Positions 24,681-38,158 of a stretch of DNA of 64,000 nucleotides are shown piece by piece. The number at the start of each line of letters is the position of its first letter. Position 1 is the first letter of the stretch. Origin of the DNA: Callorhinchus milii (taxonomy: Eukaryota); contig NW_024704743.1 of the NCBI RefSeq assembly GCF_018977255.1, positions 114,020,001 through 114,084,000 of the forward strand, written 5' to 3'. A model generated the notes under the pieces. The model saw nothing but the letters and a program-made list of their open reading frames with translations. It was not told the DNA's origin and ran no database searches. The position numbers and the translations under genes are program-made.

Positions 24681-25479
24681 TATATGAACAGGTTAAGAAT
24701 AGTCCTCTTCTGCTGATTGATGGACCCCACCTCAGGGTGTTCTGTTTTCCCCTCTTTACTTCTCTCTTTATATCAACAACTTGCATTTATATAGCGCCCT
24801 TCATGTGGGGTAGAGTCCTGGAGTGCCTCTTTAGGTTGTTGCAATTCTCAGTTGTCTGTATTGTACCACTAGCTTCTCAGTAGTGCTGACAGCAGTATGA
24901 GGATATTCCCTTGTGAAGCTCCCTCCTTTCAATGTATTTGACCCACTGATTTTCTCTAAGTGGCTACCTGTCAGTTCCTATTTCAACCCTATCTCACTCT
25001 CAGTTGGAGTGCAGAGCAGAAACTGATATATTACCTGTATTGATTCTCTAATAGCTGTCAGGGTGGAGAGGAACCACCCTGGGCTCAGGCTCTTAGTTGT
25101 GTGGGATCATAAATTCACCATTAAAGGTCATCCATTCAATAAGCTTTGGCTCTAAGGAAAGGGAGATGATTAAATGTGTATTTTTCAGATCTGATATATT
25201 ATGTAAGAGACAAGTTTAAAAAATATTAAGACCTGACTTTACATTGTTTTGTACAGTAAATTGTCCCCTCCCCCTCCCCCTGGACTCTCCCAATGGCTCA
25301 GCTGGTGAAATCACTATCAGGTACTTAATTAAGCCATATACAACCAGAACAATTCTGTGTATGACTCCCTGGCCTGTGTTGAGTAAGATAATGTCAGCCA
25401 GGGGAAATGTTGGGGCAAACATGGACTACAGAGAACAACAGTGAGCCAGGGTTCCTGTTTATGACTGTTTTCCAGTATT

Positions 25480-25745
25480 AATCATCATCCTAGCATTTTG
25501 ATATAGCACCTACAACATCAAAACATCTGGATAAAGTGCTTCACAGATAATTGCTCTAAAGTGTAGTGACACAGAAGCCAACGTAAGCACTACAATATCA
25601 CACAAATAGCCAGGAAGTGATTGACCAATTTATACAGGGGATTGTTGGGTAGGGCATAAGGAGAAACTCCCTTCTCTTTTTGAATAGTGCCACAGGACCT
25701 TTAATGTCCACTTGAGTAGGAGGATAGGACTTTGGCTTAACACTG
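25480..25745 (-). mobile_element. Deu-domain SINE fragment
   Basis: Reverse complement of the tail and core (gaatagtgccacaggacctttaatgtccactt) seen at 48140-48490. Confidence 0.6.
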
Positions 25746-26864
25746 TAAATGAGACTCAAAGTCCTGACCGCTGCTAGAGAGTGAGTACGTCTGGTCAGAT
25801 GAGAGCAGGATTAAGTCTGGCTGTGATTCTCCCTGTGGTTGAAATGTTTGCAATATATGATGGTGTCTAATGGTTGTTCTAACAGCATTACTGCTACTCG
25901 ACCACCACCAAAACTGCCCACAGTGTGTTCTGCAGGGGATCCACTGCCTAGTTCAGACCTGTGATCTCAATTACTTGGTAAGCGCTCTGAGATGCTCTAT
26001 AAATGCAAGTTGTTTCTGTTGAATCTGATCAAGAGCAGTGCTGGCAGAGGTCATTCTCCTGTTTAGAGAATTACCATGGGGTAATGTAGCAGAAACACGT
26101 GAGGTTGTTTTGCAGAACTAGCTCACGCCTACTTAATTTCCTTGGTTGCTTTTGGGGATCAGGGAGTGAGTGCCTGTGTGGAGCTTCCTGAAGAGATTGA
26201 GGGAGACCCAAGGGGACTCCCATCAGAACTAACACGATTTTGGAAGAAGGAAAATTAAGTCGTCCTCAAGGAGAAATTAAAATGGAAAAAAATAATTAAC
26301 TGGGCCAGGCAAGTCGAGAAGCTTGCCGCAGTGGATCCTATATGCAAAAATCTACTTGCTTTAACCAGTAATTAACATTACTCTTTCAAAGGTGAGAGAG
26401 GTGAGATGGATGTGTAAACACAAGGTTTTATTAAGGCGGTGAGTATTGAAAAGAGGTCAAATGTTGCTAGGACAAGACCAGAGGAAGAGATGCACCTTGT
26501 TCCAGTGTCAATGTTTTCTACTGCTCCCTGGGGAGTTTCCGGTAGCATTATTAAGAAGTGACAGACATCTGATATTTGACATCATTCATCTGAGGGCACT
26601 TGGGCTAACCTCAAACCACAGCTGCAAATAAACATCTGCTTTAGCCTCTTTTCCGGCTCACAGTACAGGCTTTGCATCTCATCCTAGAGTAATCATTGCT
26701 GCTAAAAACACAAAGGTAAATTATCGCAGTGATTTAACAAGTGACAATTAACAATTTGCTCTTAAACTCAAATTAAAACACAAGTTTAATTTTCACTAAA
26801 AATGAACTCCTTATTCATTCTAAATATATATATTATATAAATTGTTTTAGAATATGTATGTATT

Positions 26865-27055
26865 CTTCCAGTTCCTGCTGGTGAGACAGGCTGGCTGAGC
26901 TGTCATCAGCAATGCCCTGGAATATTGCAGACCCTCCTGGCTTAGGAACTGAACTATTAAGACAGGCCACAGAGGGCTCGCTCGATTCTGACATTTCATC
27001 GCTAGGCATGTCACCTTTGAGCCTGTTTAGCTCCAAGGAGACCTCACTTACTACC
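26865..27055 (-). repeat. Unclassified interspersed repeat, 5' module
   Basis: Aligns by eye with 41270-41455 and 48726-48850. Confidence 0.7.
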
Positions 27056-27275
27056 CCACCCCCACCCCCCCTCCAAGGAGGATAGTCATGTGAGATTGGA
27101 TATAAAGAATTTGTGGAATTTGGATTACAGCAGTTAGGCTCAATGAGAAGCTGACAGCGGTGTAGGCTCAATGACTCAGAAGCTAAACGGCTTCATCCAA
27201 TGTTACAATTTCCATGATTCCTTCAACTCCCCATCCCTTTCTACGTCACAGGTTCAGGGAAGCAGATTTATTTTA

Positions 27276-27522
27276 TTTTGGTCAGTCAGATGTCTGATTC
27301 AAATGGAAACCCACGACAAGGCTTAAAAGTATCCAAACCAAACAAAGTTTCACATATGTGTGCCACTTCCATATGGAAATTTTTCAGTGTCTTGAAATTT
27401 GGGGAGAGCCAAGGCTTGGGGTCCCTAGAATGTGAGTTGGGGTCTAAACTGCTTAGCTTGTCATTGAACGCTTTGGCAAGCTTTCCCGCTGTTTGTCCAG
27501 CTAGGATCACCCTACCTGTTAG
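27276..27522 (-). repeat. Unclassified A-tailed interspersed repeat, 3' module
   Basis: Begins TTTTGGTCAG; reverse complement of 28520-28770; runs into ggcaagctttcccgctg shared with 41170. Confidence 0.7.
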
Positions 27523-27737
27523 GGCGTTGGCTCATCACAGTTTTACACAAAACCTATCTCTCTTATAGGCAATATCAGAGTTCTACCAAAGCAGCTGTTT
27601 TGTAACAGGGAAGTTTACAACCTCATGCAGAGGAAAAAAAGTAACCTGCTTTTTTTTAACGAGAGATTTGTGTTTGAAGTAGATAAAGTGTAGTTGAAGA
27701 GTAAGCATCAATGTTGCCCGAAAAAGGACTTGGGTTT

Positions 27738-28440
27738 TGCTCCTCTTCGATCTATCTGGCTCAGGCTGGGGTATGATTTCACAGGTAGTGCTCAGTATCT
27801 CAACCACATGGCTATTCTTCATTTATGAGCCTTCATGTGTGGAGTCCTGTAGTTTAATGGTTAGAGCACTTGCCTCACAAGCGAGAGGACATGGGTTTGA
27901 TTCCTGACAGGGCGAAACATTTGGTTCCTTCTTCCTTCAAGTTTCATTCCTCCGCAGGCCTCTGTTTACCCAGCAGTGAGTTAGAACCCAGTTGTTAGTC
28001 AATTCTGAGGTAACAATGCCTTCAAAATAAATTAAAATAATTCGGTCACTCAATCCATAACTGTTTGTGGGACACTGCTGTGCGCAATTGACTGCTGGGT
28101 TTCGCCCACAAAACATACAGTCAATTCACTTTCCAGTAGATTCTTTGAAGCACTTTGAGATGTCTTAATCACATGATAAGGTGCTATATCAAATGCAAAG
28201 ATTATTATTTATTATAGCTTAACCAGTGAGTGGAAGAGGTAAAAGACATCACACTTGAGCCTGATCCCGTCCTCACCCAAGTACTATCCAATTGGGATCA
28301 CTGGGTAGAAAAAAGCTACAGGAACAGTTTTAACCTTGCCTTAGCCCAGATGCATTGAGTCCAATTGTGGCATGTGAACTGTGGCCCTGGCTGTGATCAG
28401 TGAACTCAACACAGGCTGTGGTCTAAATAGCTCAGTTTGA
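27738..28440 (-). mobile_element. Old AmnSINE2-like SINE interrupted by a younger SINE
   Basis: gctggggta...ggctattcttcatttatgagcc before the insertion; cagtgagt...gagcctgatcccgtcctcaccc...ccaattgt...tcagtgaactcaacacag after it. Family name is from a remembered consensus. Confidence 0.5.
27838..28215 (+). mobile_element. Full-length tRNA-headed SINE
   Basis: A-box-like TAGTTTAATGG, B-box-like GGTTTGATTCC, body, L2-like tail and (TTA)n end. Confidence 0.85.
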
Positions 28441-28519
28441 CTCTAGAGAGTGGATTTGCGAAGTGAGCCATCAGAGGAGCTCTTGATCGAAAATATTTTT
28501 ACTCCAGTGTTCTTTGGAA

Positions 28520-28786
28520 CACCTCCAGCAGTACCCCAATGCACATTCTGGGGTCCCCAAGCTTTGGCTCTTACCAACCTTTGCCTAATACTTTCTGGAA
28601 TTAGGTAAGCAGGATGTGTCCCTCCAGGGAGTGAGCGCGCATTCCATGCTGACAATCTATCTCTGGGATTTCCATGTGTAGGTGGGACCAATGGAATTCT
28701 CAGTTTGGTTTGGACACACTTCAGCATGGTGATGGGTGTCTGCATGTATCAGACACCCGGCTGACCAAAAACAAAACAAAAAAAAA
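28520..28786 (+). repeat. Unclassified A-tailed interspersed repeat, 3' module
   Basis: ctccagcagtaccccaatgcac...cagacacccggctgacc followed by an A-rich tail; homologous to 36795-37041 and 44655-44912. Confidence 0.8.
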
Positions 28787-29874
28787 CTTCTGTTTCTCCA
28801 AGACTGCATCATTCCTTGATTGTTCCCTGGCCTCGGAATCCAACGCTCAAAGCCTCAGCTATGGGTCATTAGCCCAGTGTGTTGCAGCTCAACATTTCAC
28901 CTCTGTGTAAGTAAGTGTGGGCCTCTACCTGACACCTCCTCTGAGACCACAACCATTCCCTGTCATAGAGCACTAAGGCAAATGAGAGCACTCAGCATGC
29001 GGTTACACAGGAGGGAAAAACAATCCCTTCTTTCTGACTAAACCCCTCGTAGTTTTTGCGAGGCACAAGATGTGTGGCTACAGAAAAAGAATGAACTGGT
29101 TTCTACCCGAGCTTTTCCACTGAAGCCTGGCTCCCCAGCTCGCAATTCATTACATTTAATCCACTACATAAAACCCCCTCTGAGAGCTTTGTTTATGGAT
29201 GTACATATCAATAAACAGAAGGACTCCTCCCAAAGCTCTTGACCTGCTTCTGTAACTACTTTCTATTTTCATGTGAATTCTACTGTTATCCAATCATTCA
29301 CATTGTCACCAAAACAAGGCATGCAAGCAGATAAATCATTCTCTCAGTGGACTGCGACTATATGCCTGCCACACAACATGTCCACACACTGCTCTCATTG
29401 CGGGTTAGGAGCCGAGGAAAGATATTGCCCTTTGACTCTTTGTTCTGCACAGACATAAACACTTAAAACAGATTCCCATATGTGAGGAAACAATGAGATG
29501 AAATTGTGCCATTTCATCATGCACTTGATGTGATAGTTACTATATCGAATGCACTGGAGAATGCTGCTAACTTAACCCTGCATTGATTTAGCTATCAGTA
29601 TGTAACATTTGTGCTGTGGTTTTCGAAGTAAAATGTGCCGTTATATTTTCTGGTAGGAAGAAAGAATAAGGAAGATTTGTGACACTCTGTGTCAAATACT
29701 GGGAACCCTGTGTGTCAGCCTGACTAAGTTGGTAGCACTCTCACCGCTGAGTCGGTGGGAAGTGTAGTGTATTTGTGGAAGAACACGACAGCTAATTTTG
29801 ACAGAGCAAGGTCCTGCAAACAGTAAGATTATGAGCTCCAGGCCCAGATGTGCAACTTGAACCCTTAACTTTCT

Positions 29875-30158
29875 GTAGCCCCCGAAGCTCAGTGGTTAGA
29901 GCACTTGCCTTGCAAGTGAGAGACCTGGGTTTGATTCCTGGCAGGGCGAAACCTTGGGCGAGTTTCCTTACTCCACATGTCTGATAATAACCCCTCAAGA
30001 AAAAAACACTAATAAATTGGTCAATTCAATCCACGACTGTTTGTGGGACACTGCTGTGTGCAAATGGTCACCCACAAATATACAGTATATTCTGTGAAGC
30101 GCTTTGAGGTAAGCGTGATAAGCGCTATATCAAATGCAAAGATTATTATTATAATAAT
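29875..30158 (+). mobile_element. tRNA-headed SINE
   Basis: gctcagtggttagagcacttgccttgcaagtgagagacctgggtttgattcc head; same body and tail as other copies. Confidence 0.85.
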
Positions 30159-32994
30159 ATAACCTTCTGACTCAGAGGTGAGAGTGCTACTAAATGAGCT
30201 GGACTGACACCATAATATGGATGAGATGCTCACACAAGTAAAGTGTCCAGTTGTACATTAGCACAAGACACTGCTTTCAGGAGAGTAGACAGAATTGGGT
30301 GAGAGGAAGGGGGATGAACTATTTAGGTGCAGAAAACAAATCTACGGATTACCCTTAAAAGGGAATAGGTTTCACATCTTTATTCATTCAAATTCTTAAC
30401 TACTTCCATTATCAATTCAATTCAATTACTATTGCAAATAACAGTGTCATTTAAATATTCTTTAGGTGTCATTCTTATTTGAATTTCAATAAGAGTAAAA
30501 TGTTGGAAACTTATGGAAATCAGAGGTCTTTAAGCCTGAGGTCAAACAATTTGATTGCTCCACCTTACTTGAAACCTATAGCATCACAGGCATTTCTATA
30601 CTATTAAAATTTTAGATTTTCTGCTCTATGGTTGAAGGTACTTTTACTAGATTAGATAATATGCACAAAGGCCTGAAAAGATGGTCAGCAATAATGGCCT
30701 CTAGTGCAGGAACAGAAGGCTAATAAGCAAATCCCTGGTGCACAATATGTTGATAAGAGCTTGTATATGGCAGGGTATTACTGCACAACTGATCACAAAT
30801 GTACTGGCCTCGCAGTTGTCCGGTTGATGGATGGAAGGGGTGGTAAACTCAGCCCATCAATAAATGTCACTCAGAATTAACAAAGCTGGTAGAAAAACAG
30901 TCAAAGAAGGTAGTTTATCTATTAGCAGATCCCCTCCCCCTCCTGCTGATGACGTATTCTCTCCTCTAATCTGATCCATATATTCTGAGGATGCTGAAAC
31001 CAGGCAGTGGCAGATTTGCAAGCTAATCATGACAATGGCTATGATAATGACCATCACTATTGCTTAAACCCTAAGGTTAAATGGTCTGTATGTGAAAGCA
31101 TTCAGCCCACATATCACACGCTTTCCAATGGGTCCTGCTGATAGATCATCGCGATCTACAGCATGCTGTGAGGGTCATAGAGGCCACATCTCTGTGACGT
31201 GGGCTATTATAAGAAAAGAGCACTTATTTAAAAGGAATTTTTCTGAATTAAATGGTTGTAAGTGGTGAAGTAGGACAAACAGAAAGTCTCAAAGTGCATT
31301 ACACAGTCTGAGTGCATTCCAATCTGAGTGCAGATGTCACAAACCGCCTTCATGGTTAATCACCAGATATGGCTTGAGCATCTTTGAACCTACTCCCTCT
31401 CATGGACCAAAACTGCTTTCTATTCCCAGGCCATTCTGGAGGCCAAAACTAGCCCCAAAGTGCTGTTCTCCGCCACTCATCACCTCCTCCGTTTCCTCTT
31501 GCCCCCTCAAACACCTTCAATCCTCACATCAAATGCCAAGTGCGAAGAGGTTCTGGACTTCTTTATCTCAAAGATAGAAGACATCCTCTAGGCTGCTTCT
31601 TCTTACTGCCCCATGTTCCCTACCACCTCCCCACTACCCCCCAAGCGTTCTACATCACCCACTCTTTCCGCCAACGATCCTAACACTGCCCCCACCCTAC
31701 GCTCCTTTGCCCCCATTTCTCCTTCCATACCATGGGCGAGGGTGGTGGTGGTATTGGTTGGGGGTGAAGTAATAATGGAGGCAGCTGATGTTGCAGAGAA
31801 GGAGAAAAGCAAACTTGGTCAGAGCCTGGATGAAAGGTTTGAAGATTACGGGGCAGCAGTAATCTAATAGAGTGATATGTTGATATCACACATTGTGACA
31901 GAGAAACATGTATGAGCCTAACAACATCTGTGTTCTAATATTAGATCATGAGAAAAGAAAATGAAAATCTGAAATAAAAACAGAAAATGCTAGAAATCTG
32001 GAGTACATCTGTCAGTCAGCAGAATGGGTGGCTGTACCTAGAATACAAATCAAACTCTCCTTTGACCTGCAGATCAACCCACTGTTCATATCAAGCACGT
32101 TCTGGTTTTAGCTAAGATTAAATTTCTGCCTTGAATTCCCTGTAAATTATTGGTTCCTCTTTCATACAGAAATTTGAGATATTCACAAACTGGATTCGAT
32201 ATGCTAATCGCGACTTCTGGTTGTGAATATTGAAAGCAATTTAATGTCCGAGAGTTGCAATACTGCTATAATTGTGATGACTTAAAGACAGCGACCTGCA
32301 CAAAAAGGCCAGAGAGCATGTAGTTGGCTTTTTACTAATTGAATAAATTTTGATGTTTGCAATTAAACACCTCGTGTTTTGCAATTTACACCCTGGTGCC
32401 AATGTGTTTATTCAGTATGAGGCTGTTTTTGGGCCAGTTTTGGCTGTCACTTGGTGGTGTGTGGTTGATATATGATGCCATTCACATGGAAGAATTGATG
32501 ATAAGGGATGTAAGGGATTTCTCACTAGTGTCTTATAATTCATGTCAGAATATGTTCCCAGGAAGGAGAGACAGTACATTTTCTAGTTTCTTTCATTTTG
32601 TGATTATGATGGCAGTTGGCTCATCAGATAAAGGTAAACTAAAAATATAATCTTCAAATGAATCTGCTCACGTTCGTACAATTTCCCCTTCAATTTACAA
32701 TAGTTGTGTCTGCCCTGCAGAGTAAACTCCGTTTTCAAATACATTCATTTCACTCTTGATATTAATAGGCCATATAGTAAGTGTCTCGTTATTGCTCAAT
32801 ACAGTCAATCCTCTTTCTAATTATTATCCATCAGAGGCAGATGCAAAACATGTTATCAATGGACCCATTGGTGAGAGAACTATAAGCAAGGTATATTACA
32901 GCAAAGCTTGCACCTTACGAGTCCTACAAACACATAAAGCTTTCAAATCTCACAGTACTTTGCAATACAACTTAATGTTAGTGCTTTTCATGTT

Positions 32995-33182
32995 ATAATA
33001 ATAATAATCCTTGCATTTGATATAGCATATGAATATATATGACAAATATATTTGTTGAGAGGATCTCTCAAAGCGCTTTACACTGTGGCTGGGAACCCAA
33101 GCTGGGGATAGGAACCAAAGAGGGTGGGGAGGAGAAAGATGACCGAAAGCACGGTCAAAGAGGTAGATCTTGAAGCGGGAAA
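32995..33182 (-). mobile_element. SINE/L2 3' tail fragments
   Basis: (TAA)n-tccttgcatttgatatagc then gaccgaaagcacggtcaaagagg, matching the L2 3'UTR on the minus strand. Confidence 0.6.
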
Positions 33183-34019
33183 GAAATCCTTCTTTCCTGC
33201 ATGCAAGAGCTAATTTAAACAAGGTTTTCAGGATGGGTTAATAAGAAGAGAGAGTTTTCTTAATATTATAAAATGATTACTTGTACTCAGTGTGACGAAT
33301 GCCGTCATGTCTAAGTTTAAAAATGGACCAAAAAGATGTTTGTCTCGCTTGAACGTTATTTGTGCCTCTGAAAATCCACATGATCCTTGCCAAAGTCACA
33401 TTCTACTGCAGATGTTTACTAACATAAAAACTCTCCTTATTTTGTCCTTGCAGGGTTCAGCATCAGTGCTCCATTGATCAGAATTAGGAAGTTAATAAGG
33501 TTTGAGATAATTGATCAGATGGGTAGGGACTGGAACTGCGTCAAGGCTTAATCAACTCATCAAGACTCTCAAACCATGAAAAGGGTAATTAAAGGAAAAG
33601 ACTGAATGGTTTGATAGTTACAGGGGTCTAGGAGAGGGCAGAACAAAGATAGAGAACGTACATTTTCTTCTATCCATGTTCAAAATATAAATCAGGGCAA
33701 ATTACCAAGGAACGACTAAGCTAACATTTAGATTATGCTGATGGAACATATTTCTCTTTATTTTGTTGCCTCAAATATGATCAATACAACATGCAAGAGC
33801 TGTGCTCGTATATCTTGCAGGTAATAATCACCGTGTGAATAACAAAATGTCTTTAGGCTTGTGATGCATTAGCTTTGCTGGAAAGCTGACGTCTCTCATT
33901 AATGATGAATTTATCAAGGAAATCACCAGTAATTACCACAGTCATCTTTTTCGATAATGTTCTGCGATGGAATCAGTGTCGGGGAAGGTTTGATCTCAGA
34001 AAATGAAAAGACGAGGGTC

Positions 34020-34230
34020 CCTGCTTGCCTCAGTGAGCAAAAGCGCCATCCAGTAGGGCAAGGTACTGAGCCATAAGGATCAAGAAGGAAGGACCTAAGT
34101 TTGATTCATGGTCTGTGTGGAGTTAGCTGATCAGAGCTGAGGGAGGTGGCAGGTGCACTACAATTGACTTCAGGGACTCCTGAACCAATGAAGAAAAAAA
34201 TAAGACAAGTGTCTCCTGATCAGTGCTGAA
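34020..34230 (+). mobile_element. AmnSINE2-like 5' fragment
   Basis: actgagcc...ggaaggacctaagtttgattcatggtctgtgtggagttagctgatc...ctacaattg, matching a remembered consensus. Confidence 0.5.
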
Positions 34231-34387
34231 AAATCTACATATTGTAAATCACTCAAAGACAGAATTTGGGCAAATTCAACGCACTCATTCCAGATATCAG
34301 CCTACATCTGAACGATTTACTCCAGTACCCCATGTGACTTTGATGCATACTTTCTAAGGAATCTCATTAAGGCATTTTTTTTTAAAA

Positions 34388-34765
34388 AACTTGCGTTTAA
34401 TACCACATCGTTTGTGTCAGGAGGAAGCCACAAAATGCTTCACAGAATTTACCGTAATGTAGTCATTGTGGGGTTTAAAGGCAAATGCAACAGCAAAGTC
34501 CCATAAACAAGCAATGAAGTAAGTGATTTTATCTGGAGCATTGCTGGCCAGTACGCAGAGAGAAGCGCCCTTCACGTTTTGAGTAGTGCCATGGGATCTT
34601 TAATGCCCACCTGACCAGACAGACAGGACATTGATTTAATGCGTCATCCGAAAACCAGCACCCCCAACATTGCAGTGTTTGGAGTGTTAGCATAGAATTT
34701 GAGTGTTCAAAATCCCAACATGGGGCTTCAACTCACAACCTTCTGACTCAGAGGAGAGAGCTAAC
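34388..34765 (-). mobile_element. Deu-domain (SacSINE1/AmnSINE1-like) SINE
   Basis: agtagtgccatgggatctttaatgcccacctga...gtcatccgaaaaccagcacc...accttctgactcagagg is the reverse complement of the Deu core and head. Confidence 0.65.
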
Positions 34766-35959
34766 ACCTTGATACTGCAAACTGTTATTAAACTGTTATT
34801 TTAATAATAAGTATCCAAATTTATGGTATGATATCAGAAAGTACCATTTACAGTGCCCGGTGAGTATGCATGGGTTTAGGCCATCTGCCACATAGTCCAA
34901 ACAAATCAATGGAAATCCATTTACACAGCTAAGTTTATTTTGCCTAAATAATCGAAAATGATAGAATTTCTGGTAATAAATGCTCAAAGCTGGGAAACAA
35001 TATTGATGGCCATTATTGTTGAATATTCAACATTTTGTGCTTGCAAATGCACTTGCAGTTTTAAAATCTTTTACCTGTCTAATTTTCTCTCCTCTTCTCA
35101 CGCCATGTCCACACACACAAGTTATTATTATTACAAGTTCCAGCAATTACTTGATAGTGATTAAGAGTGGCAACCTTTCTCCCTGGACATCGGATGCTAA
35201 AGATATTTGTAGTGACCCATATTGGCACCCTGGTTGATATAACTGTAGGTGCGGCCATAGTAGGTTTTAAGGCAGGATACATGGCGGACGGAGAGATGGA
35301 GGGATACAGGGAAGGAGTTGCAGAATTTAGCAGCGCAGTAGCTGAAAGCCTGGACATTTATTATGGTCATAATGTTTTGTGTTTTGGAGAACTGGATGTC
35401 AGTGTGAGATGTACTGCATGCATTCAAGACACCTCTTGGAGAAAGGAATTCACCTCAGGCATTACACGTGTAGGTTATTTATTCTGGCTTCAGCAAATGC
35501 AAACAGCAAATTACACGGTCTTGTTTGATCATGACAAAAACAACAGGTGTAATTATCCCTCTCCTGTTCTTCCAAGCAAAATCATCCTTCATTTGTCATA
35601 TTTTTTGTCACATGTTGAAACACAAAGTGAGACATTCAGCCAACTAATAAGTCACCGAGGGGATTACCTGCATCTCTGCTCGGGTTATTGATTTGGAAAA
35701 TAAGTCAGTCATCCATAACAAAGTAATAACAGAAATACACAGTGTTGAACAGTTTTGGAGTGCCTAATGAGCAAAACAGCGCCCTGTTAGCTCAGTGCTA
35801 ACCTTGCCTTTAACTACTGTATCCCTGCTCTCAGAAACCCCCTTGCCTTCTCTCCCCATCTTCAATGCCCTCTAAAAACATATTTGTTTGGCCATGCCTT
35901 CTCAAAATCCCCCTCGTTTCCTCCTTGCTTGGTAACCACATTGTCCTTGCAAAGCTGTC

Positions 35960-36098
35960 TGAGACATGCGCAATTGGGTGCTGCATTTCGTCCACAAAAT
36001 ACAGTCAATCCACTTTACAGTACATTCTGTGATGCGTTTAAAGAGGTCTCAATGACATGATAAGATGCTCTATCAAATGCAAGGATTATTATTATTAT
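35960..36098 (+). mobile_element. SINE 3' half
   Basis: gcgcaattgggtgctgcatttcg...tatcaaatgcaaggattattattatt. Confidence 0.75.
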
Positions 36099-36794
36099 TG
36101 TAGTCATTGTCCACGCCAGGCATGATATGAGTGCATACTGCAGAAAACCAACTTCCAAATGTTTGAGGCTGCATTCGAAATTTGGCATGATCTTAAATTT
36201 CAAAATGATTGTCTTAAGGCTAAGAGTATGAGAAATTACAGGTCTTTTCAGAATTAACCAATGTCTGAGAAAGTCATGGTTCCTTATTACTATCCAGTGA
36301 TTGGTGCTGGAAAATGACATTCTTCTGATCATCAATTCCTTACAAGTCAAAATGGATACCGTGAGAACTTAGTGGTGTGCAGTGCCATTCAATAGTTTGT
36401 GGATGGAACCGGCTTAATAGCCTTCTCTGTTGCTAAATTTCTGTGTTAGGTGAGGACAGGATTAGGCTTGTCTGTGACAGCCCATCTTCAGCTCAGCCAA
36501 TACCCAGTGTCTGGGCTCTGACATGCGCTCATTTGGTTTGATAATTTACCACGCAGCCAAATTCCAATAGGCGACATTGCCTTTTGCCACAAGAATTGTA
36601 AAGAGAAAATAATTTATTTAATGAAAAGTACTTTGAGAAGTGCATAACAATTCATAAATCTCTCAAAGTACATTAAATTTACAAGGAAATTATCCAACCC
36701 AACTGAGGATGAAATGAGACTTGATATTCCATTGGTAGGGAAACCCAACTAAACCCATATAGGTTACATCTTAACCTATGTGAGTTTAGTTGGT

Positions 36795-37041
36795 TAAACT
36801 CTAGCAGTACCCCAATGCACAGTCTGAAGTCCCCAAGCCTTAATTCTTGCCAACCCTGCTGAATACTCTCCAAATTTAGGTGCATCGGTCCAGGGTTTGA
36901 GTGTACATTCTATCCAGTTACAGGGAAATTTCCACGTGTAAGTAGGTGGCATACATATGTGAAACCCTCAGTTTGGTTTGGATACTCTTAAGCATAGTGA
37001 TGGATTTTCACATATGTCAGACAATGGGCTGACCAAAAAAA
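36795..37041 (+). repeat. Unclassified A-tailed interspersed repeat, 3' module
   Basis: agcagtaccccaatgcac...ctcagtttggtttggatactcttaagcat...ggctgaccaaaaaaa. Confidence 0.75.
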
Positions 37042-38046
37042 TGGTCTTTCTCGAAATTTAACAAATTGTGCAGAATTTGGGGAAGTTCTTAAATTCCAGA
37101 ATTCTGCACAGTGTTAAATGATAAGGCAAATATCTTTAGTGCTAAGACACTGAAAATAATAGTCAGTCCCATAAAGTCTGGTGTGTAACTGTTTTTTTTT
37201 CCATTTTGTTTTTAATATTTACGTAAGTAGCTATGGTAGATACAGGGAAACTAAGGCCTGGAAAGACAAGCTGGTTACGTTAGGTCAGGAGACGACTTGG
37301 CAGCTGTGGTCAGGTCTACGTTTCCTGCATTGCCTCAATAGGCTGGGTTGAGTGATCCAGCAGATGGTGTGTCTGAATACTGAGCCCAGATCATAGCTTC
37401 AGCACTCAGTATAAACAAGGCACCAGTGATTCCTCTAATCACCCGAGCCCTTCTCCGGACAGGATCATTAACGCTCAATATTTAAACAAAATCTTTCAAA
37501 CTGAATTCAGACAAAAAAAGGAGGAATTTTTAAAAATATTTTGTTCTTACAAACAAAACAATAAAAAGATCTCCCACATAAAAGCAAATATGTTTTGCTA
37601 TTGGAAACCTAAAAGAACCTATATTTGCTGATAAACTTTACACGTTATAAAATTATCCTATCTAGTTTTTACAGCAGAGAAGGCAGCTCATGCAATCAAA
37701 TACACACGACATTATGAAATATCAAAATTCATTTTAAATTGCTACTTAAGGAGAGAGAGGTCATGGTTTGCTATATTTCGTTATTTTAGTGCTGAACACA
37801 AATAGCAGATCTATAAATTGACTTTTGCAAAGTACACAGGTTTAATTTGTCCACCAAAAAAAGTCGCTACGCTTGGCCATAATTCCTGTGAAGGGCTTTG
37901 AGGCACCTTGACGTGAAAATGTTATAAAAATTGCCAACTTGCTTCTAATTTACTGCAATGATTTTTTTTTACCAAACTGAAAAAATTGTCAAATGTAAAA
38001 CTGCCCTGATACAGTCAGTCAGAGCACCATTCTCATCCTAGATCAA

Positions 38047-38158
38047 TAATAATAATAATAATCCTTGCATTTGATATAGTGCCTCATCATGTTGTTGAGA
38101 CCTCTGATAAGGAGGTGATAAGGAGCTATATCAAATGCAAGGATTATTATTATTATTA
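38047..38158. repeat. Perfect 33-bp inverted repeat formed by two SINE tails
   Basis: Arms 38047-38079 and 38126-38158 with a 46-nt spacer. Confidence 0.85.

Noticed and set aside
35167..35691. 174-aa ORF
   Set aside because: Overlaps a degraded minus-strand L2 fragment; no protein motif or exon structure.
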